Source: an uncultured Rubrivirga sp. (GTDB taxonomy: Bacteria; Actinomycetota; Actinomycetes; S36-B12). From it: a DNA stretch of 64,000 nucleotides. This document shows, piece by piece, positions 8,624 to 17,303 of the stretch (positions within the stretch are counted from its first letter, which is position 1; every line of letters begins with the position of its first letter). The stretch covers positions 1,950 to 65,949 of the forward strand of contig CAZJYN010000004.1 in the NCBI GenBank assembly GCA_964550285.1, written 5' to 3'. The translations under genes were made by a program, and so were the position numbers. The notes under the pieces are model-generated. The model ran no database searches and was not told where the DNA came from. It worked only from the letters and a program-made list of their open reading frames with translations.

Positions 8624-9663
8624 GCGCGGAGATTCTTAGCCCCGACGTCGACTACCGCCTTATCGACTCAACGCTTCGGGACGGTTCGCATGCGATCAGC
8701 CACCAATACGAGGCCGATGAAGTCATCGCGATCGTGCGGGGACTAGATGCAGCCGGTGTCCAGGTGATCGAGATCGCCCACGGAGACGGACTCGGCGGGT
8801 CGAGCTTCAACTACGGCTTCTCGAAGGTCGATGAGAAGGAACTCATCGCACGCGCCTGCGACGAAGCGCGGAATTCCACCATCGCTTGCCTGCTTCTCCC
8901 AGGTATCGGGCTCGCCGACGATCTGAAGGATGTGCAAGAGCTCGGAGTCGGCATGGCGCGAATCGCCACACACTGCACCGAGGCCGACATCAGCGAGCAG
9001 CACATCAAGACCGCGAAGCAACTCGGTATGGAGACTGTCGGCTTCATGATGATGGCCCACATGAACTCCCCCGAGGGCCTCGTCGAACAAGCATTGCTGA
9101 TGCAGTCCTATGGAGCAGACGCCATCTACATCGCCGACTCAGCCGGCGCCATGACCACCGAAGATGTCCGGCGTCGAGTGAACGCACTCGTGCAGGCTCT
9201 GGAGGTCCCGGTCGGTGTCCACGCCCACAACAACCTGTCGATGGCCGTAGCGAACTCGATCGCGGCCTACGAGGAAGGCGCGGCGAACCTCGACGGGACG
9301 AGTGCGGGATTGGGCGCCGGAGCAGGCAACTGCCCGACTGAGATCCTCGCTGCCGTATCGAACAAGTACGGAATCACAACCGGCGTCGATGCACTGAAGT
9401 TGATGGACGTCGCAGAAGAGGTCGTTCGGCCCATGATGCCCCGACAACAGGTGATCGATCGAGCCGGCCTTATCTTGGGGTACGCCGGCGTGTACGGCTC
9501 CTTCCTGCTGCACGCGCAGAAAGCAGCTGAGCGCTACAACGTCCCCCAGGCCGACATCCTGCTCGAACTCGGTCGTCGCAAGGTCGTCGGCGGTCAAGAG
9601 GACATGATCATCGACGTCGCCTTGGAATTGGCGCGCGAGCACGCAGGTCAGGAGGAATCGTGA
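8620..9663 (+). CDS. 4-hydroxy-2-oxovalerate aldolase, DmpG/MhpE/XylK family
   Basis: [28 protein letters not shown], and the canonical pairing directly after the acylating dehydrogenase. Confidence 0.9.
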   Translation: MSAEILSPDVDYRLIDSTLRDGSHAISHQYEADEVIAIVRGLDAAGVQVIEIAHGDGLGGSSFNYGFSKVDEKELIARACDEARNSTIACLLLPGIGLADDLKDVQELGVGMARIATHCTEADISEQHIKTAKQLGMETVGFMMMAHMNSPEGLVEQALLMQSYGADAIYIADSAGAMTTEDVRRRVNALVQALEVPVGVHAHNNLSMAVANSIAAYEEGAANLDGTSAGLGAGAGNCPTEILAAVSNKYGITTGVDALKLMDVAEEVVRPMMPRQQVIDRAGLILGYAGVYGSFLLHAQKAAERYNVPQADILLELGRRKVVGGQEDMIIDVALELAREHAGQEES

Positions 9664-10433
9664 ACCCATCCGAACTCGCCGATCGGCTGATCCGAGCTGC
9701 CGGTGAACGAGTCGCCACGACGCCACTGACCGATGAGTTCCCCGAACTCGACGTCCCTACCGCGTACACCATCCAAGATGCAGTCGTCGCTGCACGTCAA
9801 GCATCGGGGTCGGTCATCGTGGGGGCGAAGCTGGGTCTAACGAGCACGGCGAAGCAAAAGCAAATGAACGTCGACGAGCCGCTGTATGGGTGGCTGACAC
9901 ATGACATGCAGGTAGACACCGGGGAAGTCCTGGTCTGCGGTGATTACATCCAACCGCGATGTGAACCGGAGGTGGCTTTCCTGCTCGGCGAGGATCTCGA
10001 GGGACCCGGAGTCACCGCGGCCCGCGTGCTTGCGGCCACGGACCTGGTATTTCCTTCCGTGGACGTGCTGGACTCTCGTTTCGCGGGCTACTCGTTCAAG
10101 CTCCCGGATGTCGTCGCGGATAACTCCTCGTGCGCGGGCTTCGTCCTCGGTGGGCAGGGCCTTGACCCAGCCGGGTTCGATCTGCGCTTGACGGGTTGCG
10201 TGTTCGAGAAGAACGGTCGATTGGTCGCCACTGCGTCCGGTGCCGCAGTACTCGGCCATCCTGCAGCGAGCGTCGCCTGGCTCGTGCGAAAGCTAGCCGA
10301 GCGTGGGCAGGGCCTGCAGGCCGGACACATCGTGCTCTCCGGTTCGATGACCGAAGCCATCGCGGTAGCACCAGGTGATGTGATCACCGCCCGGTTCGAC
10401 CGACTCGGCACCGTCGAGATTCCCTGTGGTTAG
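9660..10433 (+). CDS. 4-oxalocrotonate decarboxylase (XylI/DmpH-like; second member of the hydratase/decarboxylase family)
   Basis: AYTIQDAVV, GAKLGLTS, EPEVAFLL. Its position immediately before the tautomerase gene fits the decarboxylase. Hydratase and decarboxylase cannot be separated by eye. Confidence 0.75.
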   Translation: MNPSELADRLIRAAGERVATTPLTDEFPELDVPTAYTIQDAVVAARQASGSVIVGAKLGLTSTAKQKQMNVDEPLYGWLTHDMQVDTGEVLVCGDYIQPRCEPEVAFLLGEDLEGPGVTAARVLAATDLVFPSVDVLDSRFAGYSFKLPDVVADNSSCAGFVLGGQGLDPAGFDLRLTGCVFEKNGRLVATASGAAVLGHPAASVAWLVRKLAERGQGLQAGHIVLSGSMTEAIAVAPGDVITARFDRLGTVEIPCG

Positions 10434-10441
10434 GAGACAAC

Positions 10442-10639
10442 ATGCCCTTCGTCCAGGTCACCATGATGCAAGGCCGTAGCACCGAACAAAAGCACGCACT
10501 GATGAAGCAGATCACCGAGGCGGTGGTCGACTCCCTCGGTAGCGACCCTGCGCGGGTACGAGTCGCCATCTACGAAGTTACCGAAGACGAATGGGCCGTC
10601 GGGGGCGAGCCGATGTCGGTAATCAACGCGCGAAAGTAG
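10442..10639 (+). CDS. 4-oxalocrotonate tautomerase
   Basis: 65 aa, MPFVQVTMMQGRS (Pro1 after Met removal). Size and pattern match the tautomerase superfamily. Confidence 0.85.
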   Translation: MPFVQVTMMQGRSTEQKHALMKQITEAVVDSLGSDPARVRVAIYEVTEDEWAVGGEPMSVINARK

Positions 10640-10649
10640 GTCCGATCAC

Positions 10650-11033
10650 GTGTGGCACCGCACGATCCCTGAAAGCGAGTTGGGCGATAACGCTGCCCAC
10701 CGTGTGCTCATCGAAGACCAAGCGATTTGCCTAGCCCGCGTAGATGCCCAGGTGCGAGCGATATCCGATGTCTGTCCGCATCGCGGAGCATCACTGAGCG
10801 AAGGGCTCGTGCGGGACGGGTGCGTCACCTGCCCTGCACACCTATGGCGGTTCAGCTTCGTGGACGGCGAGAAACAAGGCGACGGCCGCACACGGGTCGA
10901 GACGTATCCGGTGCGCGTCGTTCACGGTGTGGTCGAGGTGGACGTCCCACCCCTTCCTCCACCTCGATCCTTGCGCGAGATCCTGCTCGCACACGCGCGC
11001 GGGCAAGATGCCGAACAAGAAGGAGATGCATGA
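10650..11033 (+). CDS. small Rieske [2Fe-2S] domain protein (NirD/ferredoxin-like)
   Basis: CPHRGASL ... CPAHLWRF gives the CxH..CxxH Rieske ligand motif. 127 aa, GTG start. Stop overlaps the next gene in an ATGA at 11030-11033. Confidence 0.8.
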   Translation: MWHRTIPESELGDNAAHRVLIEDQAICLARVDAQVRAISDVCPHRGASLSEGLVRDGCVTCPAHLWRFSFVDGEKQGDGRTRVETYPVRVVHGVVEVDVPPLPPPRSLREILLAHARGQDAEQEGDA

Positions 11034-11680
11034 ACGCCCAGGGGCTGCTGCTAGATGTCGGTGTCGTCTTCTTCAAGTCGGCGTGGGAGATCGCGGATGA
11101 TTACGAGCGTCTACGCGGGCTACCCCCCGGCACCGTCGTGGGTCGGGGACCACTCGATCCGGGTGGTGACGAGCGTTGGGAGCGATACCGGGCAGGGGAA
11201 GCGACAGAGCGCGAGTATTGGCTCGACTTCGCGGCCAAGGCGCAAGCCAACGGCGCTCCACTTGATGGCCACCCCACTTTGATGAGAGCCATGTTCCAAA
11301 CACCGGGTATCGAGGTCACTAGGCCGGAGGCCATCGATCTCGTCCGGAAGGCACGCGGTACCGACAGGCGAGTCGGCATCTTGACCAACGAACTCATGGA
11401 CTTCCAAGGGCGAGACTGGGTCGAATCGCAAGAGTGGTTCGAGTGGTTCCCAGTACTGATTGACTCGACCGAACTAGGCATACGCAAGCCCGACCCCCGC
11501 CCCTACGAGGTGGCAATCGAACAGATGGGGTTGCCCGCCGAAGAGATCGTCTTCATCGACGACAACCCGACCTACGTTGCAGGCGGTGAGGCGGTTGGCC
11601 TGCAGAGCCTGCTTCTCGACGTTCGCGAACCAGGTGCTGTATTCGCAGAGGCGAGTCGCCGTTTGGGCCTTACCGATTGA
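11030..11680 (+). CDS. HAD-superfamily hydrolase (subfamily IA-like) with atypical motif I
   Basis: ORF 10727..11680 trimmed to ATG 11030 (MNAQGLLLDVGVVFF). HAD motifs: LLDVGVV (I), ILTNE (II), RKPD (III), FIDDN (IV). Motif I reads D-V-G, so the second Asp of phosphatase-type HADs is missing. Confidence 0.7.
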   Translation: MNAQGLLLDVGVVFFKSAWEIADDYERLRGLPPGTVVGRGPLDPGGDERWERYRAGEATEREYWLDFAAKAQANGAPLDGHPTLMRAMFQTPGIEVTRPEAIDLVRKARGTDRRVGILTNELMDFQGRDWVESQEWFEWFPVLIDSTELGIRKPDPRPYEVAIEQMGLPAEEIVFIDDNPTYVAGGEAVGLQSLLLDVREPGAVFAEASRRLGLTD

Positions 11681-13100
11681 TCTGCATCACCACTGCTTTG
11701 GGTTCGGTGAAGAACTCCCGACTGAAGTTGCCGCCCTCGCGTCCCACGCCGGATTCCCCGACTCCGCCGAAGGGTGCCCGTAGGTCCCGGATGAAGAAGC
11801 AGTTGACCCACACCGTCCCGGCGTTCAAGCTATCTGCCACCCGGTGTGCGCGGCTGAGATTCTCGGTGAACACCATCGCGTTCAACCCGTACTTGGTGTC
11901 GTTGGCTACTTGCACCACTTCATCTTCGGTGTCGAAGGGTTGAACGACCACCACTGGGCCGAAGATCTCCTCTCGGCAGACCCGAGCGGCCGGTGGGGCG
12001 TCGACGATGATGGTGGGATCGACGAACCAGCCCTCGCCTACGCCTCCCGTCAGGACGCGACCCCCATCGGCTTCGAGAGTGTCGAAGTAGCTCGTGACCT
12101 TCTCGAAGTGCGTCTTGCTGGCGAGCGGACCAAACTCCGTGCCCGCGTCCTTCGGGTCTCCTTGGCGCATCGCCTGGGCAGCCTGGACGTAACGCTCGAG
12201 GAATTCCTCGTAGATGCCGCGCTGCACGAACAGCCGGGAACCGGCAAGACAGACCTGCCCGGCATTTCGGAATATCGCCTGGATCGCCCAATTGACGGCG
12301 TTGTCCAGATCGGCATCGTCGAACACGATGTTGGCGCCCTTGCCACCCAATTCCAAGGAAACGGGAATGAGGTGCTTCGACGCAGCGGCGCTGATGATCT
12401 TCCCGGTTGTGGATTCTCCGGTGAAGGTGATCCGATCGACGTTCGGATTGTGGGTAAGTGCCTCGCCCACCGATTCCGGACCGAACCCGTGCACCACGTT
12501 CAAGACGCCGGGTGGGAGACCGGCTTCGAGCGCGAGCCGAGCCCAGATCGTGACAGAGACCGGGGTGTCCTCGGCCGGCTTGAGAACGACCGTGTTGCCC
12601 CAGGCGAGCGCCGGTGCCACCTTCCAGGTGCTCAACATCAACGGGAAGTTCCACGGTGAGATCGCGACCGCCACACCCGCGGGTCCGTAGGACGAATAGG
12701 CGTGATGCCCGGAGTCCATCGGGTAGGTCTCCGCAGCGGTCAAGCGCGCATGATCGGCAAAGAATCGGACATTCCATGCACTGCGGGCAACATCGTGGTG
12801 GGCCTGGGTTATCGGCTTACCCATGTCGCGGGTGTCGGCCAGGGCGAGTTCCTCGGCGTTGTCCATCATCAGATCGGCGAGCCGGTGCAAGATGCCTTGG
12901 CGCTTCTCGTAGCCCATGTGCGGCCAGGGACCTGAATCGAACGCTGCCCGGGCAGCCGCGACTGCTGCATCGGCATCCGGCGCGCCCCCCAGGGCGACGT
13001 CAGCCCAGGGCTCGCGGGTGTATGGATCGATGGTTTCCATCGTGCGCCCGTCGATCGACGGGACTTCCTCGCCCCCGATGATGTGACCGTAGAAGTTCAT
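11670..13100 (-). CDS. 2-hydroxymuconic semialdehyde dehydrogenase (XylG/DmpC-like NAD+ aldehyde dehydrogenase)
   Basis: 476 aa ALDH. FTGESTTGK, LELGGKGANIVF, catalytic Cys in NAGQVCLAGSRL. The C-terminal VWVNCFFIRDLRAPFGGVGESGVGREGG is, as I remember it, typical of HMSD/HpaE-type enzymes. Confidence 0.8.
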   Translation of the reverse strand: MNFYGHIIGGEEVPSIDGRTMETIDPYTREPWADVALGGAPDADAAVAAARAAFDSGPWPHMGYEKRQGILHRLADLMMDNAEELALADTRDMGKPITQAHHDVARSAWNVRFFADHARLTAAETYPMDSGHHAYSSYGPAGVAVAISPWNFPLMLSTWKVAPALAWGNTVVLKPAEDTPVSVTIWARLALEAGLPPGVLNVVHGFGPESVGEALTHNPNVDRITFTGESTTGKIISAAASKHLIPVSLELGGKGANIVFDDADLDNAVNWAIQAIFRNAGQVCLAGSRLFVQRGIYEEFLERYVQAAQAMRQGDPKDAGTEFGPLASKTHFEKVTSYFDTLEADGGRVLTGGVGEGWFVDPTIIVDAPPAARVCREEIFGPVVVVQPFDTEDEVVQVANDTKYGLNAMVFTENLSRAHRVADSLNAGTVWVNCFFIRDLRAPFGGVGESGVGREGGNFSREFFTEPKAVVMQINR

Positions 13101-13127
13101 GGCGTAAGTCTGTCGTGCCTCGTCCCG

Positions 13128-14186
13128 CTATACGTACTCGTCATCCCGCTGAGCAGAACGGTGAATGGGCCAAGTGTCCGCGAGTCGGTAGCCCGACGGC
13201 CACGGGTCCATGGGATCTAGGTAGTACTGGGACGTTCCATAGATCCAAGCTCGGCCCACGATGCGCGGGATCACCGCCCGGTGCTCGCCCACGACGGTCG
13301 TATCGACGATCGAGCAATCGAATGCCGAGTCGATGATCGACCGAGCGCGGTATTCCTGCCCGACGGAGATCTCGCCCCGGTCGTGAAGCAGTGCAAGTAG
13401 CGCCGAGCAGCCGGTTCCCGTGGGGGATCGATCGATCTTGCCCGGCTTGATGGCGCAGGCATTGCGCGAGGTCAGGACACCGCCTTCCTCAAGGAGATCC
13501 CCGACGATGTAGGCGAAGGAGAAATGCGTCCAATCGGGCAAGGTCGGATGCTCGAACGTCCACTGCTCATTAGCAGCCGCGCACACGGCCCGACCGAGAT
13601 CCGCCAGGGCGCGTGCGTTGTCGGGACGTATGTCGACTCCAAGGTCGGTGGCAGACACGATCACGAAACTGTCGCCACCGAATGCCGTGTCGACTCGAAG
13701 CTCGCCCACGCCGGGCACTTGCAAGATCGCATCCCGCCGCTCGACGAAACTCGCGACGTTCGTCAACGCCAGCGATTCGACTCGGTTGTCGCGGCAGCTT
13801 GCATCGATGCGCACTGTTCCTGCCGGAGCTTCGATACGCACCTCGGTCAGCGGTTCGTCCATCGGCACCTGGCCGGTGTGCAACAGCACCGCCGCGACAC
13901 ACATCGAGTTCGACCCCGACATAGGCGGGGTGTCCTCCGGTTCCATGATGACGAAACCACTGTGCGCGCTCGCGTCGAATGCCGGGACGAGCAGGTTCAC
14001 ATGCCGGAAGAGACCACCGCGGGGCTCGTTTAGCAGGAAATCGCGCAGCGAGGCATCGGTCGCGATGAATCGTGACTGTTCCCAGATCGAATTCCCGGGC
14101 GGTGGGGCGATTCCGCCGACGACGACATCCCCGACCTCACCCTCAGCGTGGCAGTGGACGACATGGACGATCCGATCGGTCTGCAC
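13128..14186 (-). CDS. proline racemase / hydroxyproline epimerase superfamily protein, Ser/Thr active-site variant
   Basis: 352 aa. HCHAEGEVGDVV N-terminus and DRSPTGTG motif of PF05544. The positions of the two catalytic Cys read PM-S-GSN (Ser90) and DRSP-T-GTG (Thr256). The gene ends 27 bp upstream of, and on the same strand as, the HMSD gene. Confidence 0.8.
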   Translation of the reverse strand: MQTDRIVHVVHCHAEGEVGDVVVGGIAPPPGNSIWEQSRFIATDASLRDFLLNEPRGGLFRHVNLLVPAFDASAHSGFVIMEPEDTPPMSGSNSMCVAAVLLHTGQVPMDEPLTEVRIEAPAGTVRIDASCRDNRVESLALTNVASFVERRDAILQVPGVGELRVDTAFGGDSFVIVSATDLGVDIRPDNARALADLGRAVCAAANEQWTFEHPTLPDWTHFSFAYIVGDLLEEGGVLTSRNACAIKPGKIDRSPTGTGCSALLALLHDRGEISVGQEYRARSIIDSAFDCSIVDTTVVGEHRAVIPRIVGRAWIYGTSQYYLDPMDPWPSGYRLADTWPIHRSAQRDDEYV

Positions 14187-14204
14187 GCTCGGACCCTAGT
14201 GCGA

Positions 14205-15869
14205 TCATCGCCTTGGGCGAATCGTCATCACCTTCGTCATCGTGGCAACCGGATAGTTGTCGCGGAAAGCGCGAGTGGGCGTGAATACCGCCTTCACGGT
14301 GTAAGTGCCTGGCGGCAGCGTCCGGCTGATCCGCTTGCGCTTGAGTGCACGCTTGGAGTCGGTTCCTAGCGGCTTGAGCCAGCGCCCCTTGGCGATCACC
14401 TGACGTTCCCGTCCAGCCGAATCGACGATCGTGATGCGGTTCTTACCCTTGATGTTCGCCGTGTTGGCGATCACCGCGAAGGACTTCCTCTTTCCTGCTC
14501 GCGGCCGCTTTGCAGCCTTCAAAGTAAGGGTGACGCCCTCGGCGATGGTGACCGTCTGGCCTCCGCTGACCGGCGTGGGTGCCGGAGGCGGCGTGGTCCC
14601 GACTCCCACGAGGGAGGAGAAGGACGGCGTGCCTGGACCGCTGCCGTTCACCCCCTGCACGGAAACGCGCAGGAACTGGTTGGTGTTCGCTGCGGTGGCC
14701 ACGTAGGTCTTCGCAGTCGCGCCGGGGATGTTCGCGCAGGTATTGGGATCGGCGCCGTTGCTGCAGGCCTGCCACTGGTAGCGGAAACTGCCCGGGGTGA
14801 AGTCCCACGCGCCGTCCGAAGCGGTCAAGGTGGCACCGGCGCGAATCCCGGAGTTCGGGGTGATCGTCGGAGCCGCCGTAGCGACCGGTACCTGACCGGA
14901 GAGCACTCGGGCGACCTTGCCCGCCTGGGTCTGTGCCACCCAGATGTTGGTTCCGGGACCCTCGGCTAAGCCGGTGGGCACCGAGTTCGGGCTGGTCAGG
15001 CCGTATTCGCCGAGCGGTGCACCCTGCGCGGAGTACTTGGCGACGGAGTTGCGGGCCGAGAGCGAGACCCACATGGTGTTGCCGACCCCGTTCGTCATGT
15101 CAGATGGAGCTCCCGGAACAGCCATCTCCAACACGGTGGTGTCCGCGACGAGCTTGCCCAGCAGATTGCGGGCCGACATCGCGAACCAGATGGCACCGTC
15201 CACGTTCGCGATGCCCGTCGGATCGGATGCTGTCGTGAGCGGAACGCTTCCGTAGGTGGTGCCATCAACGAGGACATATGCGATGCGGTCGGCCCCGGCA
15301 TCGGTGAAGTACAGGCGGCTACTGCCCTCGGGACCCTGCACGATGCTGTGCGGTTGCGAGTTGGCCCATGGCACATTGAACATCGAGACAGCACCGGCCA
15401 TCGTGACCCGACCGATGCGCCCACCGAGTTCGGTGAACCACATATTGCCGTCCGGTCCGGCGGTGATGTCCTGCGGACGCATGGTGGAGTCGGGCAGGTC
15501 GATGATCGAGACCGCTCCTGCCATCGTGATGCGCCCGATCTTGCCGCCGTCGCGCAAGGTGAACCACATGTTGTTGTCCGGACCGGCGGCTATTCCCCAG
15601 GGGTTGCCGACGTTCGCCGGCAGCGGGAGGGCGTAGGCGGTGACAGCTCCCTCTGGTGTCACCTTGGCGATCGTCTTCGAGGCACCCCCGGTGACCCACA
15701 TGTTGTTGTCCGGACCCTTGGCGACGTCGCGTGGTGTCGCGCCGGCCGCCAAGCCGATCTCGGTCACATCCCCCGGGGCGGCGCTGGCCGGGCCGGCGCC
15801 GAGAAGTCCCGTTGCTACCAACGCGATGCTGGAGATGATGGCCGCTGAAATCCTGGGAATAGACCGCAT
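14205..15869 (-). CDS. secreted 7-bladed beta-propeller protein with Vgb (streptogramin lyase)-like repeats, an Ig-like domain and a basic C-terminal domain
   Basis: ORF 14205..15956 trimmed to M30 (MRSIPRISAAIISSIALVATGLLGAGPASAAPG, signal peptide). Seven ~42-aa repeats of the type GPDNNMWFT..GKIGRIT.AGAV. These are followed by an Ig-like module (YQWQACSNG..LRVSVQGVN) and a Lys/Arg-rich tail. Confidence 0.7.
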   Translation of the reverse strand: MRSIPRISAAIISSIALVATGLLGAGPASAAPGDVTEIGLAAGATPRDVAKGPDNNMWVTGGASKTIAKVTPEGAVTAYALPLPANVGNPWGIAAGPDNNMWFTLRDGGKIGRITMAGAVSIIDLPDSTMRPQDITAGPDGNMWFTELGGRIGRVTMAGAVSMFNVPWANSQPHSIVQGPEGSSRLYFTDAGADRIAYVLVDGTTYGSVPLTTASDPTGIANVDGAIWFAMSARNLLGKLVADTTVLEMAVPGAPSDMTNGVGNTMWVSLSARNSVAKYSAQGAPLGEYGLTSPNSVPTGLAEGPGTNIWVAQTQAGKVARVLSGQVPVATAAPTITPNSGIRAGATLTASDGAWDFTPGSFRYQWQACSNGADPNTCANIPGATAKTYVATAANTNQFLRVSVQGVNGSGPGTPSFSSLVGVGTTPPPAPTPVSGGQTVTIAEGVTLTLKAAKRPRAGKRKSFAVIANTANIKGKNRITIVDSAGRERQVIAKGRWLKPLGTDSKRALKRKRISRTLPPGTYTVKAVFTPTRAFRDNYPVATMTKVMTIRPRR

Positions 15870-15927
15870 AGCACCACCGTTGCACAATTCACCGCACCCA
15901 CGGCGCAATGCCGGGCCCGTGTCGGCC

Positions 15928-16779
15928 TCAGCCCAGAGCCAATATCGCCGCCGCAACCAACGCCAATCCGACGCCGCCGAGCTGTAAGCGCGATAACCGC
16001 TCGTGCAGCAGGTACCGCGCCAGAACGACGGTCGCGGCGGGGTACAGCGATCCGATCACCGCAACGATCGCCAAGGATCCCCGCTGGGCCGCTAGTTGGA
16101 ATATCGCATTGGCGAGCGCATCCAGCCCACCGGCGGCGAGGGCCAGGTGCCACGGATAGCGCACACGCGAGGATGAAGGCGAGTGCCGCGCGCGCAGCAA
16201 GACGGCGGCGAGCACGCCCAGTATCAGCACCGATGACACCCAGCGGCCGATGGTGGCAACCCAGATCCCCGAATCCACCGGCGCGGTTCCCAGGATGCTC
16301 AGGTAGACGCCGATCGCCATTCCGCTGCTTCCCGCCAAGACAATGGCACGTGCGGGGGTGTGCCGATGGGGACCGGACTCGCGACTGACCAGGATCACAG
16401 CTATCCCCGCGAGTGCGATGCCGATGGCGGCGAGCAGGCCGATGACCTCGCCGAGGGCCAGGCCGACCACTACCGGTACGGCTCCGGAGAGGACGGCGGT
16501 AATCGGGGAGACCACTCCCATTTGGCCGCGCGACAGTGCGGCATACAGCAGGCCGATTGCGAGCAGCCCGACCACTCCAGCAGCTACTCCCGTAAGGAGC
16601 GCGCGGCTCGACGTCTCGCCGGGGATGAGGACGACCGCAACCACCGTGATGAGCACGGCACCTGCGGGATAGGAGACGGACAGGGTTCGCACGGTGCCGA
16701 CACGTCTCGCCGCCAGACCCCCGAGGAAATCCGCCGTCCCCCAGGAGAAACTCGACAGCAACGCGAGAAGGGCTGCCAT
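15928..16779 (-). CDS. EamA/DMT-family transporter
   Basis: 283 aa, ~10 hydrophobic segments. LSSFSWGTADFLGG N-terminal EamA pattern. Confidence 0.8.
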   Translation of the reverse strand: MAALLALLSSFSWGTADFLGGLAARRVGTVRTLSVSYPAGAVLITVVAVVLIPGETSSRALLTGVAAGVVGLLAIGLLYAALSRGQMGVVSPITAVLSGAVPVVVGLALGEVIGLLAAIGIALAGIAVILVSRESGPHRHTPARAIVLAGSSGMAIGVYLSILGTAPVDSGIWVATIGRWVSSVLILGVLAAVLLRARHSPSSSRVRYPWHLALAAGGLDALANAIFQLAAQRGSLAIVAVIGSLYPAATVVLARYLLHERLSRLQLGGVGLALVAAAILALG

Positions 16780-16844
16780 GGGAATCCCTTCGCCTCGAGG
16801 TCGAGCCGGCGAAGGCTATCCCAAGCACTGCCATACTCACCGCC

Positions 16845-17303
16845 ATGACCCGCATCGCCTCCGGACCCTGGGATTCACCGGAGATCGAAGCGTTCCTCGC
16901 AACAGCGGTGATACCCGTGCGGTTGGCTACCAACGGCGCCTCGGGACCACTCGTGCAGAGCCTGTGGTTCAACCCGTCGGGCTCGAGCCTGTGGTGCTGC
17001 ACGCAGCGTGCGTCACTGCTCGCCCGCCGCTTGAACCGCGACGATCGCGTGGGTTTCGAGGTTGCCGCGGATGCACCTCCATACCGCGGTGTTCGGGGCA
17101 CCGGAACCGCGCACATGCATGACGATGACGTCGAAGGCGTACTGCGTGCGTTGATCGAGCGCTACCAGGGGAATGAAACGACGCAACTAAGTCAATGGCT
17201 GCTCTCCCGTATCGAGTCCGAGATCGCCATCGAGATCGAGCCCCGGACCCTAGCCTCGTGGGATTACTCACCGCGCATGTCGGACCCAGACACTGGTGAG
17301 TAG
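16845..17303 (+). CDS. pyridoxamine 5'-phosphate oxidase-like (split-barrel flavin/F420-binding) family protein
   Basis: 152 aa. The pattern IPVRLATNGASGPLVQSLWF..GFEVAAD..YRGVRGTG resembles PPOX-class proteins. Weak call made by eye. Confidence 0.5.
   Translation: MTRIASGPWDSPEIEAFLATAVIPVRLATNGASGPLVQSLWFNPSGSSLWCCTQRASLLARRLNRDDRVGFEVAADAPPYRGVRGTGTAHMHDDDVEGVLRALIERYQGNETTQLSQWLLSRIESEIAIEIEPRTLASWDYSPRMSDPDTGE

Noticed and set aside
10727-11029. N-terminal 101-codon extension of the HAD ORF
   Set aside because: It overlaps the Rieske gene, is Arg-rich and implausible. ATG 11030 gives the HAD motif I close to the N-terminus and an ATGA junction.
11920-12777. 285-aa and 271-aa ORFs overlapping the aldehyde dehydrogenase gene
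   Set aside because: Arg-rich and without motifs. The ALDH frame has the catalytic Cys and Glu contexts and a full-length match pattern.
15815-17116. 433-aa ORF on the minus strand spanning the EamA gene and the PPOX-like gene region
   Set aside because: The composition is extremely Arg/Pro/Gly/Ser-rich with no motifs. It overlaps two genes with good membrane or fold signatures in other frames. This is the typical long spurious ORF of high-GC DNA.
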